Part shown: one piece after another, positions 39,870 to 49,288 of the stretch | Layout of the letters: each line of letters begins with the position of its first letter | Position numbering within the stretch: position 1 is the stretch's first letter | Assembly: GCA_963828735.1 (NCBI GenBank) | Contig: CAWHFW010000005.1 | Location: 1,312,001-1,376,000 of the forward strand | Source: an uncultured Gemmatimonadales bacterium | GTDB lineage: Bacteria; Gemmatimonadota; Gemmatimonadetes; Gemmatimonadales; GWC2-71-9 | Reading direction: 5' to 3' | Length of the DNA stretch: 64,000 bases | Notes under the pieces: generated by a model | Database searches by the model: none | What the model saw: only the letters and a program-made list of their open reading frames with translations | Told to the model about the DNA's origin: nothing | Translations under genes and position numbers: made by a program

Positions 39870-40379
39870 TCACCACGCGTCACCCAAGCCGTCCGTCACT
39901 CCGCGGGCGAGCTCTCTCGCGGCCTCGAAGAGACTGCCTGAGCGCGCGAAGGTCGCCTTGGCGCGCGCGACCGCCTCCGGGAGGACGGCGGTGCCCGGCT
40001 GCTTCGACAGGGTCCCCGCGAGCGCCTCGTTGATCTGAGCCCCGAGCTGGTCGGCACGAACCGGCTTTGCCAGGCAGCGACCGCTGCCATTGGAGCGCGC
40101 CACCCGCTCGGCGGTGGCGAGGCAGATCGTCGCGATGTCCGGCCGGAACAGCCCGAGCGTCTCCAGGATGACCGCGCCGGAGAGATCGGGCATGTCGAGG
40201 CTCACGAGGGCGAGGCGAAACCGGCCCGGCACCTGCTCCAGCAGCTCGAAAGCAGCGATCCCGCTGCGCGCCTGGACGAGCTCGAGTCCGTGCGAACGCA
40301 CGAGCGGTCCGGTCAGATGGCGCATCGTCGGATCCGCATCGATCAACAGCCCGAGTGAGGCTGACGAGGTCCCTTCCAT
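39870..40379 (-). CDS. Atypical (pseudo-)receiver domain protein
   Basis: LLIDAD, LALVSLDMPDLSG (Ser at the phospho-Asp position), LAKPV. Confidence 0.7.
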   Translation of the reverse strand: MEGTSSASLGLLIDADPTMRHLTGPLVRSHGLELVQARSGIAAFELLEQVPGRFRLALVSLDMPDLSGAVILETLGLFRPDIATICLATAERVARSNGSGRCLAKPVRADQLGAQINEALAGTLSKQPGTAVLPEAVARAKATFARSGSLFEAARELARGVTDGLGDAW

Positions 40380-40543
40380 ACATCCCTCCTGGGTCGGTCC
40401 TTGCGATAAACTGGGCCGATCCCTGTGCGATGTCAGGGCGGGCGGTCACCGGGTCGGTGGGCCGGTTCGTCACGCGGCCGACGTGACCTGGCTGCTTGCG
40501 ACCTCGCCGCCCCCCGGAAGGGCTATCTTCTACAGCCGCCCTC

Positions 40544-41965
40544 ATGTCATCGACCGCCGACGCCATCGTCGTGGGCTCCGGCCCGAACGGCCTCGCCGCC
40601 GGGATCGTTCTCGCGCGCGCGGGTCTCCGCACGGTGATCCGCGAGGCCCAGCCGACCCTCGGCGGCGGCCTTCGGTCCGCCGAGCTCACGCTACCCGGCT
40701 TCGTTCACGACGTGTGCTCCGCTGTCCATCCTCTCGCCCTTTCGTCGCCGTTCTTCCGGTCGCTTCCATTGGCGGAGTTCGGACTCGAGTGGATACAGCC
40801 CCCCGCGCCGCTCGCGCATCCGCTCGACGGCGGCACGGCGGCGGTGCTGGAGCAGCCGCTGGAGGAGACCGCGCGAGGGCTCGGCGAAGGTGGTCGCGAC
40901 TGGATACGACTGCACGGCGCCTTCGCCCGGGAGTGGGACGATCTCGCCGTGGATGTGCTCGCCCCACCGCTGCACCTCGCGAAGAGCCCGATCCTGATGA
41001 CGCGGTTCGGACTGCAGGCGCTGCTCCCCGCGACGTTCCTGGCCCGGCGGCTCCGCGGCACGGCGGCCCGGGCGCTCTTCGCGGGGAATGCCGCGCACTC
41101 GTTCTTGCCGCTCGAGACGGCCGGCACCGCGGCCTTCGGCCTGCTCCTGTCGGTGGCGGGACATGCCGTCGGCTGGCCGATCGTTCGCGGTGGGTCGCAG
41201 CGGTTCGCGGACGCGCTCCTGGGCTATTTCCGGTCGCTTGGCGGGGTCGTGCAGGCCGACGCTCCGGTCAGCGGGCTCGACGAACTGGCCGGAGCGCGCG
41301 TCGTGATGATGGACGTGGGGCCGCGTCAGCTGGTGCGGATCGCCGGCGACCGGCTCCCGGCCGGCTATCGCCGCGCCCTCGAGCGCTATCGGTATGGCGC
41401 CGCCGCGTACAAGCTCGATTGGGCGCTCGACGGGCCGGTTCCGTGGACGTCCACCGCCTGCGCCCGCGCGGCGACCATCCACCTGGGCGGAACGCTGGAG
41501 GAGATCGCGGCGTCGGAAGCCGCGCATGCGCGTGGCGAAGTCCACGAGCGCCCCTTCGTGCTGTTCGTCCAACCTTCGCTGTTTGACGCCACGCGGGCGC
41601 CCGCCGGTCGCCACACCGCGTGGGCGTACTGCCACGTGCCGAACGGGTGCACCCTGGATGTCACCGAGCGGATCGAGCGCCAGGTCGAGCGTTTCGCTCC
41701 CGGCTTTCGGGAGCGGATCCTGGCTCGGAGCGCCATCACCCCGACCCAATTCGAGCAGCGGAACCCGAACCTGATCGGCGGCGACATCAACGGCGGCATG
41801 ATGGACCTGCCACAGGTCTTCCGGCGGCCCGTCGTGGGACCGACTCCTTATCGAACCCCGCTGCGCGGGGTCTACCTCTGCTCCGCGTCGACGCCGCCCG
41901 GAGGCGGAGTCCACGGCATGGCCGGCTACCACGCCGCCAACGTCGCCCTCCGGGACCTTCGCTAG
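40544..41965 (+). CDS. FAD-dependent oxidoreductase, phytoene dehydrogenase-like (COG1233)
   Basis: VVGSGPNGL, HDVCSAVHP, WAYCHVP, GGDINGG, TPPGGGVHGMAG. Confidence 0.9.
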   Translation: MSSTADAIVVGSGPNGLAAGIVLARAGLRTVIREAQPTLGGGLRSAELTLPGFVHDVCSAVHPLALSSPFFRSLPLAEFGLEWIQPPAPLAHPLDGGTAAVLEQPLEETARGLGEGGRDWIRLHGAFAREWDDLAVDVLAPPLHLAKSPILMTRFGLQALLPATFLARRLRGTAARALFAGNAAHSFLPLETAGTAAFGLLLSVAGHAVGWPIVRGGSQRFADALLGYFRSLGGVVQADAPVSGLDELAGARVVMMDVGPRQLVRIAGDRLPAGYRRALERYRYGAAAYKLDWALDGPVPWTSTACARAATIHLGGTLEEIAASEAAHARGEVHERPFVLFVQPSLFDATRAPAGRHTAWAYCHVPNGCTLDVTERIERQVERFAPGFRERILARSAITPTQFEQRNPNLIGGDINGGMMDLPQVFRRPVVGPTPYRTPLRGVYLCSASTPPGGGVHGMAGYHAANVALRDLR

Positions 41966-42018
41966 CGCCGCCTGCCCGTCCGTTCCGGCCCGAAACCGGA
42001 CGTCCCGCCGTTCCGTAG

Positions 42019-42034
42019 TGAAAAAAACTTTGCA
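42019..42034. promoter_or_regulatory. Putative BlaI operator, copy 1
   Basis: TGAAAAAAACTTTGCA, imperfect palindrome 11 bp upstream of the blaI-like start. Confidence 0.65.
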
Positions 42035-42045
42035 GGAACGGACCC

Positions 42046-42435
42046 GTGCCGCCCCATCCGCCTGAGCTCAGCCGCCGTGAGCGCCAGATCATGGACATTC
42101 TGTACCGCCTGGGTGAGGCAGGTGCTGCCGAGGTCGTGGAGCACCTGTCGGACCGTCCGGCGTACAACTCGGTCCGGGTGACGTTGGGGATTCTGGAGCG
42201 GAAGGGCGTCGTCGGGCACCGGCGCGAAGGGACGCGATACATATACAGCCCCATTGTGCCGCCGGAGCGGGCACGGGAGTCCGCGCTCCGTCATGTCGTG
42301 CGGACGTTCTTTCGCGGATCGCCCTCCAAGGCGGTGCTCACCCTGCTGGATTCGCCGTCGACCCGGCTCTCGCAGGAGGAGTTGAACGAACTGGCGGCCT
42401 GGATCGAGGCCGCCAAGAGGGGGAAGCGCCCATGA
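42046..42435 (+). CDS. BlaI/MecI/CopY family repressor
   Basis: LSRRERQIMDILY, AYNSVRVTLGILERKG, RTFFRGSP. Confidence 0.92.
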   Translation: MPPHPPELSRRERQIMDILYRLGEAGAAEVVEHLSDRPAYNSVRVTLGILERKGVVGHRREGTRYIYSPIVPPERARESALRHVVRTFFRGSPSKAVLTLLDSPSTRLSQEELNELAAWIEAAKRGKRP

Positions 42436-44363
42436 GCCAGCTCGACCTGATCCAACTGCTCGGTGGCACCCTCGCCAAGGGCGGCCTGCTGCTGCTCCTC
42501 GCGGCCTTCGTCGTGCGCCTTCGCCGGCGGCATTCGGCGGCCGGCCGCTATGTCATCTGGACCACCACGTTTGCCGCGCTGCTGATGTTGCCGGCGCTCA
42601 GCGTCGTTCTGCCTCCCTTGGATCCGCGGTCGGCGCGCTCTTCCGATCCGATGACCGGCGAGCGCGTGATGGTCATGGCGCCGGCCATGCCCGAGGAAGG
42701 GCACAGCCGGGCGATGGTTCGCGCCATAGCCGGCCACCACGGCGACATGGACATGCAGATGCCCGACGGCCTCGACAGGGGCGACGGAATCGCATGGCGA
42801 CGGGCCGCGCGGGCCGCCAGCCCCTGGCTCCTCGGGGCGTGGCTTGCGGGCGTGCTTGTCGTGCTCTTCCGCCTCGTGCGTGACGTCCGGCGGATCGCCG
42901 GGGTCAGCCGGCGGGCGGCGACTCTCCGCCGGGGGCCGCTGCACCAGCTGTCCCTGGACGTAGCCGCGGAACTCGGCGTGACGCAACGCGTGCGCGTCGC
43001 GCTCAGCCGCGAGCTCGCCGTTCCCGTGAGCTGGGGATTGTTCTGCCCCGTCGTACTGCTTCCGGCCGCGTCACGCCGCTGGGACCCCGAACGGCGACGG
43101 GTGGTCCTGAGGCACGAGATGGCCCACATCCGTCGCGCGGACTACGCCGGGCATCTCGTGATCGAGGTCGCCTGCGCGCTGCATTGGGTCAATCCGCTGG
43201 CCTGGCGCGCTGCGCGGCGCGCGAGACAGGAGCAGGAGCAAGCGTGCGACGACCGGGTGCTCGCACTCGGGACGGGAGCGGTGGAGTACGCCGAGCATCT
43301 GCTCGACATCGCGCGGTCCTTCACCCGGCCGATGGCGCCGGCGCGCGGTGCCCTGGCCATGGCGGAGGCTGCGACGCTGCCGGAGCGCATGCGCGCGATT
43401 CTCGACGTCGGGCTCGATCACCGGCCGGCCGGCCGGCGCACGGTGCTGGCGGTTGCCGCCGCGTCGATGCTCTTCGGCGTTCCGACGGCCGCAATCCACC
43501 CCTGGGGCGAGACCCGGCGCGAGCGCGAGCTGGTGGCGCAGCTCGACGAACCTGATGTGGTCGCGCGGCGCGACGCGCTGTGGACGCTGGGCGCCCGCCG
43601 CGCGACCGGCGCCCGAGCTGTCATCACTGGGCGGCTCAGCGACGAGGATCCGGCGACGCGCGGCGTGGCCGCGTGGGCGCTCGGCCACCTCGGCGGGCGA
43701 TCCGCGCTCGCGCCCCTCACGACCGCGCTCCGGGACCCGGATGGCAACGTCCGGGAAATGGCGGTGCTGGCCCTGGGCGAGCTCGGGGATCCCAGAGCCG
43801 TGCCCGCGCTCGAGGCGTTGCGCCACGATCCGGAGCCCGGCGTCCGCTCGGTAATGACCGTGGCGCTGCGACGGATCGGCGGCGAGGAGGCGGGAGAGGC
43901 CCTCGCTCACCTGCTTCGGTCGGACGCCGACGTCCACACACGCGTCATGGCGGCGGGAGCGCTTCGCAAGTTCGAGAGCTCGGTGCGGATCGCCGCGCTC
44001 GAGGGCGCGTTGACCGACTCGGAGCCGGCCGTTCGCGCGAACGCGGCCAGCTCGCTCGGGCAACTCGGGGGCAGCGCATCCGTTCCCGCCTTGATGGACG
44101 CCCTCGCGCACGAGAGCGACCCCGACGCGACTGATGCGCTGATTCACGCCCTTGGTGTCTCGCACGACCCGCGCGCCACGGACGGGCTGATCCAGGTGCT
44201 GGGCGATACGCTCCCGGCGCTCCGCGAGAGTGCCGCGAAGGTGCTGGGCGAGTTGGGTGACGAACGGGCGGTGGAACCGCTGATCGCAGCCACCCGGGAC
44301 CCCGATCACGAGGTGCGTCTCACGGCGGTGTGGGCGCTCGACGCACTCCGGCAAGGGCGCTAG
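42432..44363 (+). CDS. BlaR1-like M56 metallopeptidase with C-terminal HEAT repeats
   Basis: TM helices, HEMAH, EQACDDRV; repeated D.D..VR..A..ALG.LG motifs; ATGA overlap with blaI. Confidence 0.92.
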   Translation: MSQLDLIQLLGGTLAKGGLLLLLAAFVVRLRRRHSAAGRYVIWTTTFAALLMLPALSVVLPPLDPRSARSSDPMTGERVMVMAPAMPEEGHSRAMVRAIAGHHGDMDMQMPDGLDRGDGIAWRRAARAASPWLLGAWLAGVLVVLFRLVRDVRRIAGVSRRAATLRRGPLHQLSLDVAAELGVTQRVRVALSRELAVPVSWGLFCPVVLLPAASRRWDPERRRVVLRHEMAHIRRADYAGHLVIEVACALHWVNPLAWRAARRARQEQEQACDDRVLALGTGAVEYAEHLLDIARSFTRPMAPARGALAMAEAATLPERMRAILDVGLDHRPAGRRTVLAVAAASMLFGVPTAAIHPWGETRRERELVAQLDEPDVVARRDALWTLGARRATGARAVITGRLSDEDPATRGVAAWALGHLGGRSALAPLTTALRDPDGNVREMAVLALGELGDPRAVPALEALRHDPEPGVRSVMTVALRRIGGEEAGEALAHLLRSDADVHTRVMAAGALRKFESSVRIAALEGALTDSEPAVRANAASSLGQLGGSASVPALMDALAHESDPDATDALIHALGVSHDPRATDGLIQVLGDTLPALRESAAKVLGELGDERAVEPLIAATRDPDHEVRLTAVWALDALRQGR

Positions 44364-44438
44364 CCTGCCGGCGGGCCCAAGACAGAACTGAGCGAGACCG
44401 GCGCAGCGACCAATGATGGCGCACACAGCACCCGTAAG

Positions 44439-44454
44439 TGCAAAAAACTTTTCA
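44439..44454. promoter_or_regulatory. Putative BlaI operator, copy 2
   Basis: TGCAAAAAACTTTTCA. Confidence 0.65.
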
Positions 44455-44501
44455 CACAGAGACGCCGGTCGCACCCACCGCGCGTTCGTAGCGGTCCTGG
44501 G

Positions 44502-44517
44502 TGCAAAAAAATCTGCA
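44502..44517. promoter_or_regulatory. Putative BlaI operator, copy 3
   Basis: TGCAAAAAAATCTGCA, just upstream of the GGAGG RBS of the cytochrome gene. Confidence 0.65.
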
Positions 44518-44529
44518 CGTGGAGGCTCC

Positions 44530-45168
44530 ATGACCGCGCTCAAGCTGGCCTCAGCCGCCGCCATCGTTGTCCTCGCGGCCGGGGTGGCCTTCCTGACGCC
44601 CCGCCGAACCGTCAGTCTGCCCGCAGCACCCATGAGCGACACGATCCCCCGCTACAGCGGGGATTCCCTCATCCGGCCGAACGGCTTCGAGCGGTGGATA
44701 TTGGCCGGAGCATCCATGGGGCTCGGCTACTCCCAGCCGAGCGGGGCGGATGTGGCCGCGGCCGGCAAGACGGGCGGGATGTTCCACAACGTGTTCATCG
44801 AGCGCACCGCGTACGAGCATTACGTTCGCACCGGAAAGTTTCGGGAGAAGACCATGATGGCGATGACGCTCTACGAGCCGGGCCAGAAGGTCCATCCAAG
44901 CAAGCAGGGCTTCTTCGAGGGCGACTTCATCGCGGTCGAGTTCTCGGTGAAGGACAGCGAGCGATACCCGGGCAGCTGGGCGTACTTCAACTTCGGCAAG
45001 GGCGCCCCCGGATCCAGGTCGGTCGCGAATCCACGGCAGGGCTGCCAGTCGTGCCATGCCCAGAACGCGGCCGACGACAACGTCTTCGTCCAGTTCTATC
45101 CCACGTTGCGCGCGGTGAGCTACAAGTTCGACCGAAAGCCAGCCGCGGACTCGACGAGGCAGCCATGA
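44530..45168 (+). CDS. Cytochrome P460 / c'-beta family protein
   Basis: Signal/anchor peptide; FHNVFI, VKDSERY..WAYFNF, C-terminal CQSCH, DNVFVQFYP. Confidence 0.82.
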   Translation: MTALKLASAAAIVVLAAGVAFLTPRRTVSLPAAPMSDTIPRYSGDSLIRPNGFERWILAGASMGLGYSQPSGADVAAAGKTGGMFHNVFIERTAYEHYVRTGKFREKTMMAMTLYEPGQKVHPSKQGFFEGDFIAVEFSVKDSERYPGSWAYFNFGKGAPGSRSVANPRQGCQSCHAQNAADDNVFVQFYPTLRAVSYKFDRKPAADSTRQP

Positions 45169-46124
45169 GCGCGGTCACCCGGCGGAGCTTTCTTGGCGCT
45201 GCCGCGGGGTGCGCCGGCTACCTGCTGACCGCGCTCGGCGGGGCCACCGACGCCACGCGCCGGCTCTTCGCCGCCGAGCCGCGCGGCACGCCGGTCCGCG
45301 TCGAGCCCTGGGGTCGGCTCGAGCGCGTGGCTGACGGGGTCTGGATGCTGATCTCGACGCCCCTTGCGGGATCCGAGGCGAGCGGCGCCATGCGCACCTT
45401 CTCGAACGGAGGGATCGTCGCCGGCCGCGACGGTGTCCTCGCGATCGAAGGCTTCGCGAGCGTGGAGGGCGCGCGCTGGCTCGCCGGGGAGGCGCGGCGC
45501 CTCACGGGTCGTTCGCCCACGCAGGTCGTCCTCACCCACTACCACGGCGATCACTCGGCGGGACTCGGCGGATATGGCTCGGAGGGCGGCTCGGTCGAGC
45601 TGATGGGGACGGCGACGACTCGGGAGTGGCTCCTGCGGAGGCGCCCAGCGGCGGTGGTCCCGGGGAGCATGCTTCCCGCCGACCGCGAAACCGAGCTCGA
45701 TCTCGGCGGACGGCGCGTGCGGATCACCCCGCGCGAAGGGCACACCGCCAGCGACCTCACGGTCGAGGTGGTGGACCCGCGCGTCGTCTTCTGTGGTGAC
45801 CTGGTGTGGATTGGCCTGTTCCCCAACTTCGTCGACGCGATTCCCAGTCGGCAGACCGCGCACGTACGAAAGCTCCTCGCCGAGCCGGCCGCGCTCTGGG
45901 TGCCGGGCCACGGAACGGCCGCGCGCGACGCGGACCTGCGCGTCTTCCTGTCGTTGCTAGAGTCGATCGAGGAGGGAGCGCGCCGCGCAGTCGCTCGTGG
46001 CGTGCCGGCCGCCGACGCCGCCAAGGACTGGCAGCCGCCCACAGCGCTCGGCGAATGGGTGCGCTTCTCTGACGACTACTACGAGACCGCGTTTCGCGCG
46101 TGGGAACGGGAGCTTCGGTTATGA
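45165..46124 (+). CDS. Tat-exported metallo-beta-lactamase-fold hydrolase
   Basis: TRRSFL Tat motif; THYHGDH, GHT, GDL, PGHG; ATGA overlap. Confidence 0.9.
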   Translation: MSAVTRRSFLGAAAGCAGYLLTALGGATDATRRLFAAEPRGTPVRVEPWGRLERVADGVWMLISTPLAGSEASGAMRTFSNGGIVAGRDGVLAIEGFASVEGARWLAGEARRLTGRSPTQVVLTHYHGDHSAGLGGYGSEGGSVELMGTATTREWLLRRRPAAVVPGSMLPADRETELDLGGRRVRITPREGHTASDLTVEVVDPRVVFCGDLVWIGLFPNFVDAIPSRQTAHVRKLLAEPAALWVPGHGTAARDADLRVFLSLLESIEEGARRAVARGVPAADAAKDWQPPTALGEWVRFSDDYYETAFRAWERELRL

Positions 46125-46169
46125 TCGCGCCTGGAGCGAGGCCGCCCGGCGCAAGCCCGTGGTGGGGCC

Positions 46170-47471
46170 CTAGCCTGCGGGCGTGTCGGTCCGCGCAGCC
46201 GGGGCCGCGATGATCCCTCGCTCGATGTAGATCGGCCGGACGAGCTGTCGGAGCTGTGGCAACCGGCTCGCGAACCAGGCCGCTCCCAGCAGGCAGACGA
46301 CGCCACCGGCCGCGATGGTCAGCGGCTCGCCGATGCGGTCGGCGAGCACGCCGGCCATCAGGCTGCCGAGCGGCGCGGTGCCGAGGAAGGCCATCGTGTA
46401 AAACGCCATCACTCGGCCGCGCAGGTGCTCCTCGGTGAGGGTCTGTACGATCGTGTTCGATGCCGCGAGCGACACCATGAATCCCGCGCCGATGAGCGGC
46501 ATGATGAGGAGGGAAAGCCACAGCGTGCGCGACGCGCCGAGCGCGACGAGGGCCGCGCCGAAAACCCCCGAAGCCACCGCGATGACCCGTCCGAGCCCCA
46601 CCACCGACGATCGCGCGGCGAGGAAGAACGCTCCGGCGAGCGCGCCGACCCCTGAGGCAGTCATCAACCAGCCGAGCGTATGCGGGCCGCCGTGGAGGAG
46701 CTTGGCGACGACCGCGGGCAGCAGCACGGCGTACGGCATTCCCATCGTGCTCACGAGTGCGAGGAGTAGCAGGACCGTTCGAATGGGAACGAATTCCGTG
46801 ACGTACCGGAATCCGGCTCTGAGCTCCTCGACCAGGTTCGATTCGCCACGGCGGCGGTCCTCATGCACAACGCGCATGGCCGTGAGCGACGCGAGCACCG
46901 CCAGGTAGGAGATCGCGTCCACCAGGAAGCACCAGCCCTCCCCCACCGCCGCAATGAGGACGCCCCCGATGGACGGACCGAGAATCCGGCTGGCGTTCAC
47001 GATGGACGAGTTGAGCGCGATGGCGTTCGGCAGGTCGGCGCGGTCCTCGATCATCGAGACGACGAAGGCCTGACGCGCCGGGGTATCGAAGGCGTTGATG
47101 ATTCCCTGGAAAACCTGGAGGACCAGCACCTCCGCGACGGTGATGATCCCCGCCAGCGCGAGCACCGCGAGCGCGAGTGACTGCAGCATGGACAGCACCT
47201 GGGTGATCACCAGCACGCGGTGCCGATTCCACCGATCCACGAAGACGCCGGCCACCGGGGCCAGGAACAGCGTCGGGATCTGTCCGCAGAAGCCGACGAC
47301 GCCGAGCAACAGCGCCGAGCCGGTCAGGCGGTAGATGAGCCAACTGGTCGCGATGCGGGTGATCCAGGTTCCGACCAGCGAGAGGCTCTGCCCCGCGAAG
47401 AAGAGGCGGTAATTCCGGTGGCGCAGGGCGCGTACCATCGACGGGCGGGCGGCGGGAGTCGCGGGCAGCAT
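46170..47471 (-). CDS. MFS transporter (MFS_3/DUF894-like)
   Basis: ALRHRNYRLFFAGQSLS, DRWNRHR, AFDTPARQ, LRGRVMAFY. Confidence 0.9.
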   Translation of the reverse strand: MLPATPAARPSMVRALRHRNYRLFFAGQSLSLVGTWITRIATSWLIYRLTGSALLLGVVGFCGQIPTLFLAPVAGVFVDRWNRHRVLVITQVLSMLQSLALAVLALAGIITVAEVLVLQVFQGIINAFDTPARQAFVVSMIEDRADLPNAIALNSSIVNASRILGPSIGGVLIAAVGEGWCFLVDAISYLAVLASLTAMRVVHEDRRRGESNLVEELRAGFRYVTEFVPIRTVLLLLALVSTMGMPYAVLLPAVVAKLLHGGPHTLGWLMTASGVGALAGAFFLAARSSVVGLGRVIAVASGVFGAALVALGASRTLWLSLLIMPLIGAGFMVSLAASNTIVQTLTEEHLRGRVMAFYTMAFLGTAPLGSLMAGVLADRIGEPLTIAAGGVVCLLGAAWFASRLPQLRQLVRPIYIERGIIAAPAARTDTPAG

Positions 47472-47555
47472 GACCGCGGATGATAATGGGAGCGGCCTCT
47501 GCGCTGTGTGCGCGTTGGGCGGCGACCTGGTTGCGGACAGTCTCTTCGGGCTGGC

Positions 47556-49031
47556 CTATCGCTTCGATTCAAGACCGCCGCGCGGGCGCGCCGCCTTTCC
47601 ACTGCCAATTGTGAGAAACGCGACCACGGCTCCGGCGACGCACAATCCCGCGCAGATCCACATCGCGCGCGTGTATCCGGCCGAGAAATCGGGGCCCTCG
47701 AGATGCGCCATCCCTCCAATCCCCGCCGCGAGCGGCAGCGCGGCGGCGGCGAGGAGACCGGCCAGGCGAGCCGCGGCGTTGTTGATCCCCGAGGCGATGC
47801 CCGCCTCACGTTGGTCCACCGCCCCCAGGACAGCGGTCGTGAGCGGGGCGACGAGGGACCCGATCCCGAGCCCGAACACGATCGCGGCCGGAAGCACGAC
47901 GGTGACGTACGAGGAGCCGGGGCCGATCCGCGAGAAGAGGAGCATCGCCACCGCGGCCAGGAGAGCGCCGACCGTCATGGGGAGCCGGGGCCCGACCCGC
48001 GCTGCCAGGCGGCCCGCACGGGGCGAAAGCGCGCCCATGATGACGCTGACCGGGAGTAAGGCCGCGCCGGCTCTCACCGCACTGTAGCCGAGGTTGCTCT
48101 GGAGCTGCGGCATGAGCAGAAAAAGGAGGCCGCTCAGGGCAGCGTAGACCAGGAGCGTCATCAGGTTCGCGCCACTGAACTGGCGCGAGCGGAAAACGTG
48201 GAGCGGGAGGAGCGGTTGGGCGTCCTGCCTCCCGAGACGGCGTTCCTGGAGCACGAACGCGGCCAGCAGAGCGACGCCGCCGATACCGGCGCCGAGCACG
48301 GCCGGATGCCCCGCGCCCCAATCCGGGCCCACGATGAGTGCCCCGACGACTCCGGCCAGTCCGAGCGTCACCAGCGCCGCGCCCAGGATGTCCAGTTGGT
48401 GCGCGCCAGCCTGCCGGCGGGCGGGCGGTGTCTCGCCGGCCGGCGCGTGCCGCGTGCCGATCCACGCGGCGCCCAGCGCGAAGGGCACGACGCTCGCGAA
48501 GACCCAGCGCCACGATCCCGCGTCTACCAGCCACCCGCCCGCGAGCGGTCCCAGTGCGGTCGAGATCGCCGACCACCCCGTCCATTGGCCGATGGCCGCC
48601 CCGCGCTCGTCGCCCTGGAACGAGGTCTCGAGCACCGCCAGACTGTTGGGGACGAGCAGCGCTCCCGCAGTGCCCTGAAGCAGCCGGAGAATGACCAGCA
48701 CGGGAAGGGTCGGTGCCAGGGCGCACCCGAGGGACGCGGCCGCGAAGCCCACGCACCCGACGGTAAAGACCCGGGAGCGCCGATACTGATCGCCGAGCGA
48801 GCCGCCGAGCAGCATGAGCGCGCTCAGGGTCAGCAGGTAGCCGTTGACCACCCACTGCAGCCCTTCGACGCCCAGCCCGAAGTCGCGGGCGATCGCCGGC
48901 AAGGCGACGTTCACCGCGGTGCCTTCGAGGAACGCCGCGCCCGACCCCAGCACCGCGCCGGCGACGATCCACCGACCCGTCGCGGAGTCGTGGCGGACGG
49001 GATCCTTCGTGCTCGGACGATCGCTGGCCAT
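47556..49031 (-). CDS. MFS efflux transporter (DHA2/EmrB-QacA-like)
   Basis: VNVALPAI, QWVVNGYLL, GGSLGDQYRR, RLLQG, LGPLAGG. Confidence 0.9.
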   Translation of the reverse strand: MASDRPSTKDPVRHDSATGRWIVAGAVLGSGAAFLEGTAVNVALPAIARDFGLGVEGLQWVVNGYLLTLSALMLLGGSLGDQYRRSRVFTVGCVGFAAASLGCALAPTLPVLVILRLLQGTAGALLVPNSLAVLETSFQGDERGAAIGQWTGWSAISTALGPLAGGWLVDAGSWRWVFASVVPFALGAAWIGTRHAPAGETPPARRQAGAHQLDILGAALVTLGLAGVVGALIVGPDWGAGHPAVLGAGIGGVALLAAFVLQERRLGRQDAQPLLPLHVFRSRQFSGANLMTLLVYAALSGLLFLLMPQLQSNLGYSAVRAGAALLPVSVIMGALSPRAGRLAARVGPRLPMTVGALLAAVAMLLFSRIGPGSSYVTVVLPAAIVFGLGIGSLVAPLTTAVLGAVDQREAGIASGINNAAARLAGLLAAAALPLAAGIGGMAHLEGPDFSAGYTRAMWICAGLCVAGAVVAFLTIGSGKAARPRGGLESKR

Positions 49032-49288
49032 TCTGCCTCCCGAGGCTCCGGGAAAGCAAGCCGTCCCCGGGATCACCGGGAAGCCCGCGGCATCGCGGCC
49101 GTCGAGAGGCGACCGGCCGCAACGCGGCCACGGCTGCTCGAGCGCCTCGCGACGCTGGCATGCGCTAACGACCCCGCATCGCCTGACCTGTCGTCGTGGT
49201 CTGGTTGACCAGCAAGGCCTGAGCAGTTCTCACCTGCGGACCGGGAATGTATCGTGCAGGCCGTACGCTCATCCCACGAGGCGACGCG

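Noticed and set aside
40544..41965. Possible crtI target of the CarH-like regulator
   Set aside because: Motifs fit the generic COG1233 oxidoreductase group, no crtB/crtE is nearby, and it lies 12 kb from the regulator.
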